From: Lama guanicoe
Lineage: Eukaryota
Reading direction: 5' to 3'
Assembly (NCBI GenBank): GCA_013239625.1
Contig: MU054323.1
Location: 9,765,186-9,829,185, forward strand
DNA: 64,000 nucleotides
The translations under genes and the position numbers were made by a program. Below the pieces are notes generated by a model. It was given only the letters and a program-made list of their open reading frames with translations. It searched no databases and was not told the origin of the DNA. Of the stretch, positions 52,130 through 64,000 are shown one piece after another; within the stretch, counting starts at the first letter, position 1; every line of letters begins with the position of its first letter.

Positions 52130-52345
52130 TATGCATGTGACCCAAAGAGCACTGGGGACAGACAATTTGCCTTGGGAACCTAGATCTGTGACCTTGAGCA
52201 AGTCCCTTAACCTCTTTGAGCCTCAGTCTTCCCATCTGTAGAATGAGAATAATAATACCTGTCCTGCCTACCTTAAAAGGAAGTGTCAGGAGGAGTAAAA
52301 TGAAGTAAAGCCTTATGGGCTCTTTGAAAGTGTACCTTGCCATCG
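52130..52345 (+). mobile_element. MIR SINE
   Basis: tgtgaccttgagcaagtcccttaacctctttgagcctcagtcttcccatctgtagaatgagaataataatacct, the MIR core. Confidence 0.85.
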
Positions 52346-55300
52346 CAGTGTAAGGCATTTCTCATTCCTGTTTTACAGCTTAGCATCTTTCTGCCCACAT
52401 CACAGGCTCAGGGTCGGGGTGGGGTGAGGAAGTTGTTGCTTTTTTTTTTCTTTCAGATACAAATAAATGGCTTTCAAAGGGTGACTCTACAAAGTCATAA
52501 AGAAACAGTGACATCACTGACCTCTTCCCCATCTCCACCCTGTTGAATTAAGAGTTTCAGCGAAGTGACCACTCAGCCTGCCGCTCTGGCACAGAAGCAT
52601 GGCCATAAACCAGTGGGGCTGGTCACTGGACTCCAGGAGATTTGACTGCCTCTCTGGTTGGATAAGCAGTATGCCCAGGGGAGGATGAACCTGCCCCCCT
52701 CCACGGATCAGGCCCTCCCTGCCAGGGTGAAAATCACAGACTCATTGCTGAGACTAGAGTAGAAGAGGGACATAGGACTCCTCAGAGGAGACACGGCACA
52801 GTGAGAGACAGCGCTTGCTTTGGAATCAGAGGACACTGATTTTGCATTCCAACCCTGTCACTTAGCTCTGAGACCTCACAGAATTTATCTTCTTTGGCCC
52901 TTCTACTTCTTTAAACAGGGACAATGGTGCCTACCACATGGATTCATGTGACAGCACTGTAGAAACAACCAAAACACTGTATGAGTGCAAGCTGGAAGCA
53001 GTGGAGGTGGGGATGATGGAGTTGGCACCATGGTGCTGGGGAGGCAGCAGCAGAAGGGGTGGAGGCAGTGGCGGTGATGAAATGTTGGTGGAAAGGGAGG
53101 TGATGGTAGTTGCGGATAGCTGGATTGGATTCCAAAGGAGAACAATTGATTCTGTCCAAAATCTCCAGAAGTAAGGTCCACGCTAGTAAGAGAGCTTCAA
53201 AGATCCCAGAACACAGCAAAGACCCCTAACAAAATGGTCTTTGGCCTCACATCCCTTGGGATCACAGTCACTACCTCCCTGGAATCTAGGAAGGCTTTGG
53301 TCACAAGGGGTGCTTGGTGAGGCTGCAGATTACAAACCTCTCTGCTGTAGGGATGTTCCAGGGGGCCAGCAGTGGGAAGAGGGGAAATGCTTGCTTTTAC
53401 TTTCTATCTGGTCTTTCTTTGGTCACTGGACCATGGTGCTCAACAGACTGCAGACAAAGCTGGGAACTAAATTCTTTTTCAATTCCAAACTACAACCTTC
53501 TACTTTCCAACCACTTCTCAGTGGCCACCTTCTGAGGCCAGGGGGATGCTAGATCAAATCAGTAGATGGCTGGACAGCTTTTAGGAAAGATGAAGATCTC
53601 TGCGCCAAGTGTGGGCTGGGGACCAACAGCATCATCTGGGAGCCAGTTAGACACGCAGAGCGTCTCAGGCCCCACCCTCGACCTACTGAGCCAGAATCAG
53701 CATTTAAGCAAGATTCTCGGGAGATTAACATAAATTTCGTGTGTCTGTATCAGCACGGCTGCATTTCTTCTGGAGGTTCTAGGGGGAGAACCCATTTCCG
53801 TGCCTTTTCCAGCTTATAGAAGCCACCTGTACTCCTTGGCTCTAGACCCCTTGTTCCATCTTCAAAAACAGCAGTACATCATTAAAAAAAAAAATTTAAG
53901 AAGCACTAATATAGTGAGCCTTGTCTGCGCTTTTTCAGAGTATTCAACTAAATATTAATTCCCGTTCCTTCGACAGATATTTACTACGCATCTACCTTGT
54001 GCCAAGCACTGCACCAGGCCCTGGGGACAGGCAGTAAACACCAGCATAGTCTAGGTCCTGAAGAGCATCTGATGACGTCTTCCAAAGGAATGGAAACCAA
54101 GGCCACAGTCGTAGCCAGTCTCCCAGGGCAGATGCTTTCCAGGCTGCATTCAGGGAGATGTCCAGGACGCTGGATATTCACTGTGACACATTCCCCTTGG
54201 ACACCTCACCTTGCTGGTGACAGCAGAGCGCAGTGAGCATTTATGACTGCAGGTGCTGGAATTGGTACCTGGCATACAGTAGGGTCGCGCTGTATGCCTG
54301 TGAATTGCTCAACTGGCGCTGACTGCCTCTCCTCCTCCTGTCCTTCTTTCCTCTCCCCTTTTCTTCTTCCTCTCCTCCAGATACGTTCCCTAAAGGCCTC
54401 CTTTATTCTTTCCTACCATTTTCCCCCTATGTCTTCCAAAAATCTCCATGTGCATTTTACCAATCTGTGTAGCAAAAACAACTGGGGATCCAATGGCTCT
54501 CAAGAGTTTAAGCCAGGGTGACACACACACATCATGTACCCCTGCTGTACAGCACTTAAGAATCCACAGCTTTGTAACGTGACTCTTCCTTTTGAAGCCT
54601 CTTCAGCTCAAATGCACAGCTGGGGTGAGCCAATCACTCCCCCACAGGCGCCAGGATGCTGGGGTGCCTCCAGCTGCCCGCTCCAGGAAATTAGAAGCAG
54701 CTGTAATGCTGATGTGCCAGGCTGCCCTGCAGCTGGATGACATTTTGAAGGGCCAAGGGACCTCCCCTTTTTGGCTAATACTCAAGGGAGAACAGGAGGC
54801 AGGGGGAACAGGAGAGCAAGCAGGGCTGTTTGAAGTGAATTCAAGTTCACATCCTGGCTATGAGGCAGGAAATTTAGAAATTCATTCCTACAGAGGGAGA
54901 TGATGAAGCACTGGGTTGTTCCAAAGTGGTGGCACAGAGCAGACGGCCTATCCAAGTGTCTGAGCCCACACCCCTCCCTGGTTCTCACCAACACGCAGCC
55001 AGAGCGAGACTCCACGTCCACGATAAACATCGCGGGTGAGGCCCAGACCCCAGCTTTCCCTGTAATTGCCTTGGATATTGTATGACTCTGCCCAGAGGAC
55101 TGAACTTGATCTCTAGGATAGAATATCCAGCATAGATTCTCTCTTACTAAAAGGAAAGAAAGAAAATTGCCTCTGGCTTTCCAAGTGAAAGAAATACAGA
55201 CAGACGCCCTCTCCCCAAGCCCCTGCTCCCTGTTTACAGCAAAGCTGACGCAGATGAGCTAATGTGTGTTTACCCAAGGTGCTCACTTGGCTTGCAAAAC

Positions 55301-57189
55301 ACAGAGGGCTCAAGTCCTGTGTCCAGGATGCGGGCTGGGAGGGGGAGCGGGGAGAAAAGAGGAAACAAACGTTGATTCAGAGCCTCCGTGATAAAGCAGA
55401 TACATAACCTCCTTTACCCTCATAACTGCAGTATTTGTGACACAGGCCTGAGGGATCCCATTTTAGAGATGAGGAGACTGAAGCTCAGCAGGATGAAGGG
55501 AAAGTCCCTTGAACTATCCATCTTCACGGAGCAAGAACACAATTCAGAGCCTGGTTGGCCGGATTCCAAAGTGCTTTCCTCTACAACCCACTGCATCACT
55601 CCAGAAAACTCCCCCAGGGAGGGAAGAGGCAAGGCCGCACATGGGGAAGGTAGACTTGTAATTAAAGCTCGGAAAATCCATGACCTCCTTGTAAACTAAC
55701 TGATAATTCATCCCACGTTGTTTCCCACCGGTGGAATTGGAGCTCAGGCATTGACAGTCCTGCCTCCTGCAGGCCCCACACAGTTCATGGTCTGGAACCA
55801 ATCCTGGCAGGTGTACAGCCTCTCACCCAGCATCTGTGGGCACTAGAGTCATCTTTCCAGCCACCCATCTGTTACAACAGACACCCACATATCCACCAAC
55901 CTCTCTAAAACCATCAAGTCACCACCTAGTTCCTGGGTAGCTCCTGTTTCTAGGCCTGGAGCCCCTGCCTATTTGGCTGGTCCCTGCCTCACCCAGCTCC
56001 AAGCCTGATGGACTTTGAGGTGACTACCAGCCTAGTTTTGCTTCTCCCCAAGACCAAGAGATTCCCCTCTCTATGCCCCCTACTTTGACCCTCCGTCATC
56101 ATTTCTCAAACCCAATGACTGACATGGACACAGTAAGTTTTTTACCACTTCCCTCAGAATCCAACTCCACAGATGGGTGCCAGCCTCTTCCCCCATCCCA
56201 GTTGCTAGAAGCCTGGCCCACCTGAGTCACAACTGGTCACAGGTACAGACACAGTGACGGGGATGTGGCTGTGAGGACCGGTGCGTTATTTAGCATCCAT
56301 GTGTAAAACGTATAGGCTAGGACTTTCACTGCCTGACAGTAAACATGGAGTTACAGGATTTAATTACAGCACTGGGACAACTGATTTTTTTTTTTTACCA
56401 ATAACTTTTCATAAGATGATGTACCGATTTAAACACAACACATCCAACTCGGGTATGCGGGTCCCTGCCCGCATGTCATATTGAAATCCCAGGCATCTTC
56501 CCATCACTAGAATGACAAAGCGCTGGAAGGCAGAGATGTGAAATGAAAGCCTGAAAGGCCAGTTCAGTCGACAGTACCCATGTCATAACATCCCACAGGA
56601 CCCCTCCTGATGGGGGTGAGGCCCCACATCACCGGGGCAAGGAGCTGGAGGGAGACAGGTAATGAGAAGTGTGGGAGGTGCCGGGCGCACTGTGAAATAT
56701 GGAGAGCCCAGATTGCTCATCAACAGTGTTTGCTGAAGCAAGGCAGCTATGAAGGGCATGACCAAGTAACAGGGCAGCAATCAATAACTCGCTGACAGCC
56801 AGGCAGTCTAGAATCTTTGGCCCGTATCCAAGAGCACAAGAGAAAGCTGGCTGAGGGAACAGCATCGGCCCCGGCCTGGCCTGCACCTTAGGCCCTGGTG
56901 TGCCTCACCTGGCCTGGCCACCCCAGACAGCGGCCCCACCTTCCTCCTCAGTGGGGTCCCACTAGTTTTCTTACCTGTTGCCCCTGGCTGGCCATGGTTC
57001 CTCCTTCGGGATGGGCCTTCTCCTCCCAGCACGCACTGAAAAGACGCCTTAGTGCCTCTCAAAGCCAACACCCCAAGCAGGCCAGGGCACACCTCACCGG
57101 CCTGCGCACGGCTCCCACTGCAGCCCAGAGAGCCTATCAGCTCTTGCTTCCAACCCTTTACAGCTTTCACCTGGGTGCCTGCCAGAGCT

Positions 57190-57337
57190 GTGTTTCTCAG
57201 AATCACCTGGAGAGCTTCAAACTCAGATGACTGCTAATTCAGGAGGCCTGGAGGGAGTCTGAGAATTTGCCTTTCTAACAATTCCCAGGTGATGCCAATA
57301 GGGCTGGTCCCAGAACCACTTTTGGAGAACCAACTGC
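57190..57337. mobile_element. MER5A-like MITE
   Basis: cagaatcacctggagagctt..ctgagaatttgcctttctaacaattcccaggtgatgcc..accacttttggagaacca. Confidence 0.75.
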
Positions 57338-58370
57338 CTTGCTGGCGAAAGAGAGTGTTTTGAACCTGTGTTAAGGCAGCCAGGGCTTCACGACCCTGAA
57401 AAACTTGTCCTGAGCCCAAGAGGAAACTAGACAGGAAAGCATGTAAACAGCCCTACTGCCTCATCCAGTATAAGGCATCGTTCACCCTGAGTGAGGCCTG
57501 GCTCTAATGTTGTCCTTGACTTCCTGTTTGGGGACAATCAACAATTAAATGAGACCTTTATGGCATTTTAATAGCACACTGTGTGGGATGGGCCCCAAGA
57601 TAAACTTCTTGCTGAAGTCCAGGCAGCTGCAGATTCCAGGGTCTGGGCCTCCCATGGATTTACAAGGCCAGCGACTGACAGGGGCCAGGCAGCCTGATAG
57701 GGAGGCTCCCCCGGGAAGGCATGCTCTGAAGTTTCTCTCTGGGCCTCCCGTGGAGTTGCTGCTGCCTTCTGAAGCAGGCCTCCAGGACTTGATTTATTTA
57801 CAAAGCAAAAGGAATTTGGAGCCTGGTACGCTGGAGGTAGGTGATTGAGCAGTCTGCTCTGGCCTCCCCCTTCTAGGAAAGAGGACACTGGGCTTGAGGG
57901 GAAGAAAGGGGCTCCAGGCCCGCTCAGCACTAACTGGATCTGTGACCTCAAGCAGTGTCTCAACAAGGGGAAGAAATATCTGTCCTGTCTAATTCATCGG
58001 GTCACCACAAATGCATAATGATGCTGTAGGACATTATTTATTTTCATTAGTTTTATTGTTATTTTTTTTCTAGGAGAGGATTATTTACCCCAACACAGCT
58101 TCTTCCCTGTTCTGGGACACTTTCCTGGGCACCCCCTTCAATATATTTTTGCCAGGCGTATCTGTTTATTCATTAAACACTTGTTGAGCCCCTCCTTCTT
58201 GCCCAGCCCTGCACTAAATATGAGTCCAGAAATGAAGCAGACAAGATTCTCAGCCAAAAAGAGCTCTCAGCCTAGTGGGAGTGTCAGCAAGTGTCGAATA
58301 ATCCCATTCCACTGGGACGTGCTGATACCAGAGTGTGCAGAGGACACTCTGAAGCAGAGGTGAAGCCTAA

Positions 58371-58865
58371 TGTTGCTACCCAATATTTAGTCTTCCTTCT
58401 TCCTTAGTAACAGAACTCGCAATTTTTAGTTGAAATAGGGCCACCCAATAAAAGATTATATTTTCCATCCTCCCAGGCAGCTAGATGTGACTATGTGACT
58501 AAGTTCTGGCCAATGAGATACAATTGGGAGTGGTATGGGGATACTTCTAGGAAACATCTTTAAACAATAATTGGCTTGTGCCCTTTCCCCCTACCCCTTT
58601 CTACATCTGGCTGCCTGGAATACAGATGTGATGACTGGAGCTCCAGCTGAATCTTAAACCATGAAGATAGAGATGTCTTTGAGATGATATGGCAATTAAC
58701 TGGAAGGGGTCCAGATCCCTAACAGCTTTGTGTATCAGTCCTGGGATGCCTATTTCCAGAATTCATTCACATGAGAGAAAGTAAATAAACTTCTATCTCA
58801 TTTTTAAGCCACTGTTATTTTGGGTTTTCTGACACATGCAACTGAGCCTAATCCAAACTAATTCA
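58371..58865 (+). mobile_element. ERVL-MaLR LTR (MLT1J-like)
   Basis: tacccaatat..ttcttccttagtaacagaac..tatgtgactaagttctggccaatgaga..aataaacttctatct..tttaagccactg..aactaattca. Confidence 0.8.
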
Positions 58866-59214
58866 AAGCCAGGTTGTGAGTGGCCTGAGGACTTTGGACT
58901 TCATTATACAGGCAATAAGGAGCTATCAACAGTTTATAAGCTGTGGAGTAACTTGATGTGGAGAGATAAAGGAGGAAGGAAAAGAAATGACCCAAGATGT
59001 AAAGGGACTATGGAAACTTATTTTTGTTGACAGAAATGAGGAACTGTGATTTGAAGGGAAGGTAGGTTTTAAACTTGTGGACTTCAGGGTGACTGCATTG
59101 ATTCCATATTAAAAATCCAAGAAGGAGCTGGGGATGTAGAAGCATATCTTAAAAGAGAGGTAAGGACTGGCTATAGACTTGGAATCACTTGTGTCAAAGT
59201 AATAGATGACACAT

Positions 59215-59570
59215 TACCACATGGATGAACCTGGAGGACATTATGCTACATGAGATAAGCCAGTCACAAGAAGGACAAATACTGTATGACTCCTCTTATA
59301 TGAGGCACCTAGAGTAGTCAGATTCACAGAGACAGGAAGTAGAAAATTGGTTGCCAGGGCTGAAAGGGGGAGAATGAGGAGCCAATGTCTAATGGGGATA
59401 GAGTTTCAGTTTTACAAGATGAAAAAACTTCTGGAGACAGATGGTGGTGATGGTTGTACAACAATATGAATGTACTTAATACCACTGAACTGCACACTCA
59501 AAAATGGTTAGGATGGTTTTAAAAAGGTACATACGTAAATACATGAATAAATATATTAAGAAAATAGTTA
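59215..59570 (+). mobile_element. L1MB-like 3' end fragment
   Basis: catggatgaacctggaggacattatgcta..gagtttcagttttacaagatgaaaa..gatggtggtgatggttgtacaacaat..ccactgaactgcacact. Confidence 0.85.
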
Positions 59571-61151
59571 GAAACTTTAAAAAGTAATAGCCAATATCCC
59601 AAGAGTAGATGAGGTTTCCTGGAAAAGAGGAAAGTGTGAGGAAGAGAAGGAAACTAAAGAAAGAGGGACAGTCGGTCTGAGAGATGGAAGGAGAGGAAAG
59701 AAAGGCTTTATGTCACAAAAAGCAAAGAGGGAGAGAATTTGTGACATGATTAGGAAACTTTTGGAAGGTAGCAAAGCCAGAGAGAGAGAGAGATTGTTCA
59801 ACCTGGACCTGCATGAAGAACAACACAAGCACCCATCGGTTGTAATTCTTTTCAAAATAAAAGGGCTGCCTGCATGAAGTGAATGGAGAATCCAGCCAGC
59901 CAGAAGTCAGTTTCTGAGCTAGGATAGAAATCCAGAAATGCAGGGTAAAAAGTGCCAGGAGCACGCTGCAGGAGATGCCCAGGAAGAGGGAGATAAATGG
60001 TCCCAGAGAGAACAGAATTCTAGAAAAGAATCTTCGCTGTTTTAAAACTGCTCCCTCCACTTTGAGTGATCTTTAATATTTGACCCAACTGTGGTCACTT
60101 CAAGAATGAACTGAGGCAGGTGGAAAAAACCTTGGCTTAATGTCTGGTAACAGAATTCCTCTTAGGGAAGAAACTGTTCCCATAGAAGAGTACCTTTGCA
60201 AACCTTCAGACGGCAGGTATGACTGGAGGCACAGGCTAGCAGGAAGCAAGCTGACAAAGGAGAAAGGTAAACCGGGAGCATCGCGAAGGGATAAGAGGAC
60301 ACAGAAGGGGACCAGCAGGCGTATCAAGGGACCAAAGAACTAAAAATAGAGAGCTCTCATAGTCCATTGTTTGCAAGTCTGTAATGAAAACACACTCCTT
60401 CTGTCTCCTCAAACTTTATTAGAGTAGGGAGTTTGGGTATAAAGTAAGGAACAAAGGATGAATTCCCTGTTGGCACAAACAGCAGGGTAGCAATAAATGG
60501 AGAGGCCCAAGGTCAGAGCAGAGAACAAGAACTTGTTGGAGACAGGAAGCTGGCACCAGAGGTGACCTTGACAATGAGAGCAGGAAGCCCCAGGCAACAT
60601 CTGGGGTGGATTACCATAAAGGTCTGGCTTCACTGTGTCCACAGTTGTGCGGGGCTTGGGGCTGTTGTAATAGCCAATCAATCTTTTTAGCGATATATTA
60701 TTTGTATCCTTATTCAGTCTCCGTCCTATCTCCTTCAATCCTACTTAACAAGTTGCGAAGAGGAGGGGGCGGTTCACAGTGTCACATGAAACAGATCAAA
60801 GCAAAGGAGAACTAAGGAAAGGTCATCAGATTCGATGGCATTGGGAAGAGAATTTTCAGCAGGAGTAAGGTCGTGGCGCTACATACAATGATGTAGATTG
60901 TGCACCACACAAAGGCAGCCCATCAGCAGGGCACCCTCCCTTCTGAGTCATCACAGAGTGGATACTCATGACAATTTTCCAGCTACAGGCAGAAAAGTGT
61001 CTTGAGGAATAGGTCCCTTTTATCAATTGGCACAAGGTGCCTGATGGGCCAGCAGCAACCTGGGCGGGGACAGAAGGCAGATGGCACAAAGGTTGTAAAT
61101 GAATTGCTAGTGAAGAAATGAAAGCCATGTATTTGTAGCTCCTACATGAGG

Positions 61152-61815
61152 ATTATGTTATTTATCTATAGCTGCATGACTAATTACTCCAAATTTTAGC
61201 AGCTTAAAACAACAAACATTTATTATCTCACAGTTGTGTGAGTCAGGAATCCAGGAGCAGTTTAGCCGAGCGCATTTGGCTCTGGGTCTCTCATAAACCT
61301 GCAGTAAAGCTGTCGGCTGGGGCTGCAGTCATTTCAAGACTCAACTGGGGCTGAAGGATCCACTTTTGGGCTTTCTCATGGGGAAGTTGGCAGGCTTCCA
61401 TTCCTCCCAACTGTTGGGCTGAGGGTCTCAGTTCCTCACCACACACGTGGGCGTTTCCATAGAGTTGCTCACAACATGGCTGTTCGCTTCCCTACCCCAC
61501 CCCCATGTGAATGATGCAGGAGAAAGAGAAAAGTAGTGGGAGGGGATGGGGGGAGTAGGGAAGGAAGGGAAGATGGGAGAAGGGGAGGAGAGTGGAGGGG
61601 AGGAGGAGAGGAGAGGGAAATGTGGATACATTTCTGATACAGAACCCAGAGTCCTTTTATAACCTAATCTCGGAAGTGACAACATCCTTTTTGCTCTATT
61701 CAGTTCTTGGAATAGGCCAGTAAATCCAGCCCTCTTTCAAAGGGAGAGGATTATTCTAGAGTGTGAATACTGGGAAATGGGGGTTATTGGAAGCCATTTT
61801 AGGGGCTGCCTGGCA
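61152..61815 (-). mobile_element. ERVL-MaLR LTR (MLT1F-like) with an internal purine-rich tract (about 61520-61620)
   Basis: gcttaaaacaacaaacatttattatctcacagtt..gtcaggaatccaggagcag..ttttataacctaatctcggaagtgaca..gccattttaggggctgcct. Confidence 0.8.
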
Positions 61816-63782
61816 AGATTTAAAGGCTCAACCACTCTTTCAGAGGGAAGGGAGAATCTTTCTCTCACGCCAGGGGTGAAATCATTCAGGGACAAACAGA
61901 ACTTGGGAAAAGTTCTAAGCTCACTTTCAGCAGAAGCCAGAGTGTGCTCCTGTTAGTGACACAGTGCCCGAGTTGAGCCTGATGGCAGAAATGATTGTAT
62001 CTGCTGCTCCTCGGTGGGAACGTGGTCATTTGCTTTACAGGGATTTCACTTTGGTGCCGGAGCAAGTTGTCTGCATCGACTTCATGTGGTTATAAAGAAA
62101 GTTCATGAATGCCAACAAAGGTTTCTAATCCGGAGGTACAGCCCATACAAAAATCTAAAGAGGTGTTCAAGGAAAACAAGGCACCTCACAGGCCGGCTTT
62201 GTTTCTGCTTTCTGCATGGGCAGACCTGTTAGTCAGAAGTGTGGAGGGAAAAGAAGACTCACCAGATCAGCCAGTAACAGGTAGCACCTGTTTCCAGCCC
62301 CGCCAATCTCCAGGGCTGCCCAGGTCCTCTAGAAGGCTAGGCTTGAGGCTGCCAACTCTCCCCTAGAATAAAAGTCCTGTGTAGAGAGCAGGCTCTTATC
62401 TCACCCTGACTCATTCCCCCCATTAGACTCACTATGCTTTTAAGCTTCTGAAGCACAGGGATTAAGAGAGGTGTTCTCCACTTGAAACATATCATTAGAT
62501 GACAGCCAACTCTTCTGGATTCTTTTAGAGGTGCCTGGAATTTCTGAACCATTCTAGAGTTGATTCAATCCATAAATATTTATTGAGGGTCTGTTATGAT
62601 GATGGGTCAGCTCCAGGCCGTAGGCTGCCTCAAATAAAGTGGGCCAGGAACTATGAGGTGGGTCAAGATGCTGGGCATGGTGACAGGTGGTTGGCATGCC
62701 AGAGATTACAGCTGGGGGTCAGTTCATTGGGAAAGGAGATGTGCAGTTACCATGGACCCAAACATCAAAGTCAAGGGCCGATGCTGACAGAGGAGCAAAG
62801 GCCAGATACACATCACACAGAATCTGCATAAGAGAGCCAAGGCTAATGCTCAGTAGTTCCCAGGGAACAGAGGAGACATAGTCCTGGCCAGAGAGTAGAG
62901 GCTGAGAGCCAGTATCCTTTCTGGAAAACAGGGGTCATTTCTTACATGGTCAGCATCCTATCCCCAATATCTGGCACAGTGATCAATTCAGGTGCTCGGG
63001 CCAAGCAGGAGGGCAGGGCTGTGATCATCTATGTAGATACCCATACGTCAAGGTTTGGGGTCCAAGGTGGGCATCAGGAAACAAGCAGGGAAAATTGTTC
63101 AGACCCAGAGTCTGGGAAAGGCAGCTCAGGATCCAGAACAGGCGGGTGGGGTCACCTAATAGCCCAATGAAGTTATAAAAGCTGGTTCCAGGAAATTCTC
63201 AGGATTAATTGTAGAATTAATTTCACGATTAGTCATTTTAAGCAGCCTTCTTTGCTGGACTGAGGACTGAAACCATGTCCATCTTACTCATAGGGTGTCG
63301 CCAGCCTGCCACAGAGCCTGGCATGAAATACATGCTCAGTAAATGTGTGTGCAGGGAGCAACTGCTCCCAGAGAAAAGTGGGGATCTGCAGGGGCTAGAG
63401 CACAGGTCCAGGGCCCAGAGAGTCCTCACAGGTCAATGCAGAGGGAGAAATGTTTTTCTTCCAAGTTATAGAAATCAGGTGAAGCCAACAGAGCCCAGAT
63501 TTCAGATTGAGAGCAGGCAACAAGATGCCAACCTTCTATTTCATGTTCCTCACATTGTCACCCTCCTGGGTCTCCTTCAGAAGAGAGATGGGGACTCAAA
63601 TGACAACAGTCATTCACCATTCCCATGGCCCAGTCTCTGATGGCTATGCGTAGGTGGAAACCAAGCTAACAACTTCAGCGTGAGACTGAAATATTCCGTA
63701 TCCCCATGTCCAGGTGGGTGGCCTTGAGCAAGTCATTTAACTGGTCTCTATTGTAGCCTCAAACTGTTTCCTCATCTGTCCT

Positions 63783-64000
63783 GAGCAGAAGCTTTTTAGT
63801 TTGATGTAGTCCCATTTGTTTATTTTTGCTTTGGTTACCTTTCTTTTGGTGTCAAATTCAAAAAATCATTGCCAAGACCACTGTCAAGGAGCTTACTCTC
63901 TCTGCGTTTTCATCCAGGAGTTTTAGTTTCAGCGTACGTTCAAGTCTGTCATTCATTTTGTGCTGATTTTTGTAAGATAGGGGTTTAGTTTCATTCTTTT
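63783..64000 (-). mobile_element. L1 ORF2 3'-region fragment, continues past the window edge
   Basis: gcagaagctttttagtttgatgtagtcccatttgtttatttttgct..aaatcattgccaagacc. Confidence 0.85.

Noticed and set aside
1..64000. CRISPR arrays, rRNA/tRNA genes, operons
   Set aside because: None seen; the window is intron-rich mammalian DNA with no regularly spaced repeat-spacer structure

Overview
Mammalian genomic DNA, not microbial; almost all ORFs in the supplied track are spurious. Bases 151-31534 (+ strand) hold the last 18 coding exons of PLB1 (membrane-associated phospholipase B1, GDSL/SGNH lipase repeats). I spliced them by hand at GT-AG junctions into one open frame of 1527 nt (508 aa plus TAG). 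It covers the end of repeat III, all of repeat IV, the transmembrane anchor and the cytoplasmic tail, with AATAAA at 31717-31722. From about 32 kb to 64 kb no gene is recognisable, only old repeats (L1, L2, MIR, MaLR LTRs, hAT DNA transposons, MER53). The L1 3' ends and the lack of obvious young SINEs suggest a cetartiodactyl, possibly a camelid (inference). I found no convincing new biological system. The most notable observations are: a ~350-bp locally templated intronic insertion flanked by a perfect 17-bp duplication; a consensus-like cryptic 5' splice site in the penultimate exon that would give an NMD-escaping, anchor-less PLB1; a MER41-like solo LTR carrying a GAS motif; and a near full-length fossil hAT-Charlie transposon. 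Repeat family names come from recalled consensus sequences, not from a database search.
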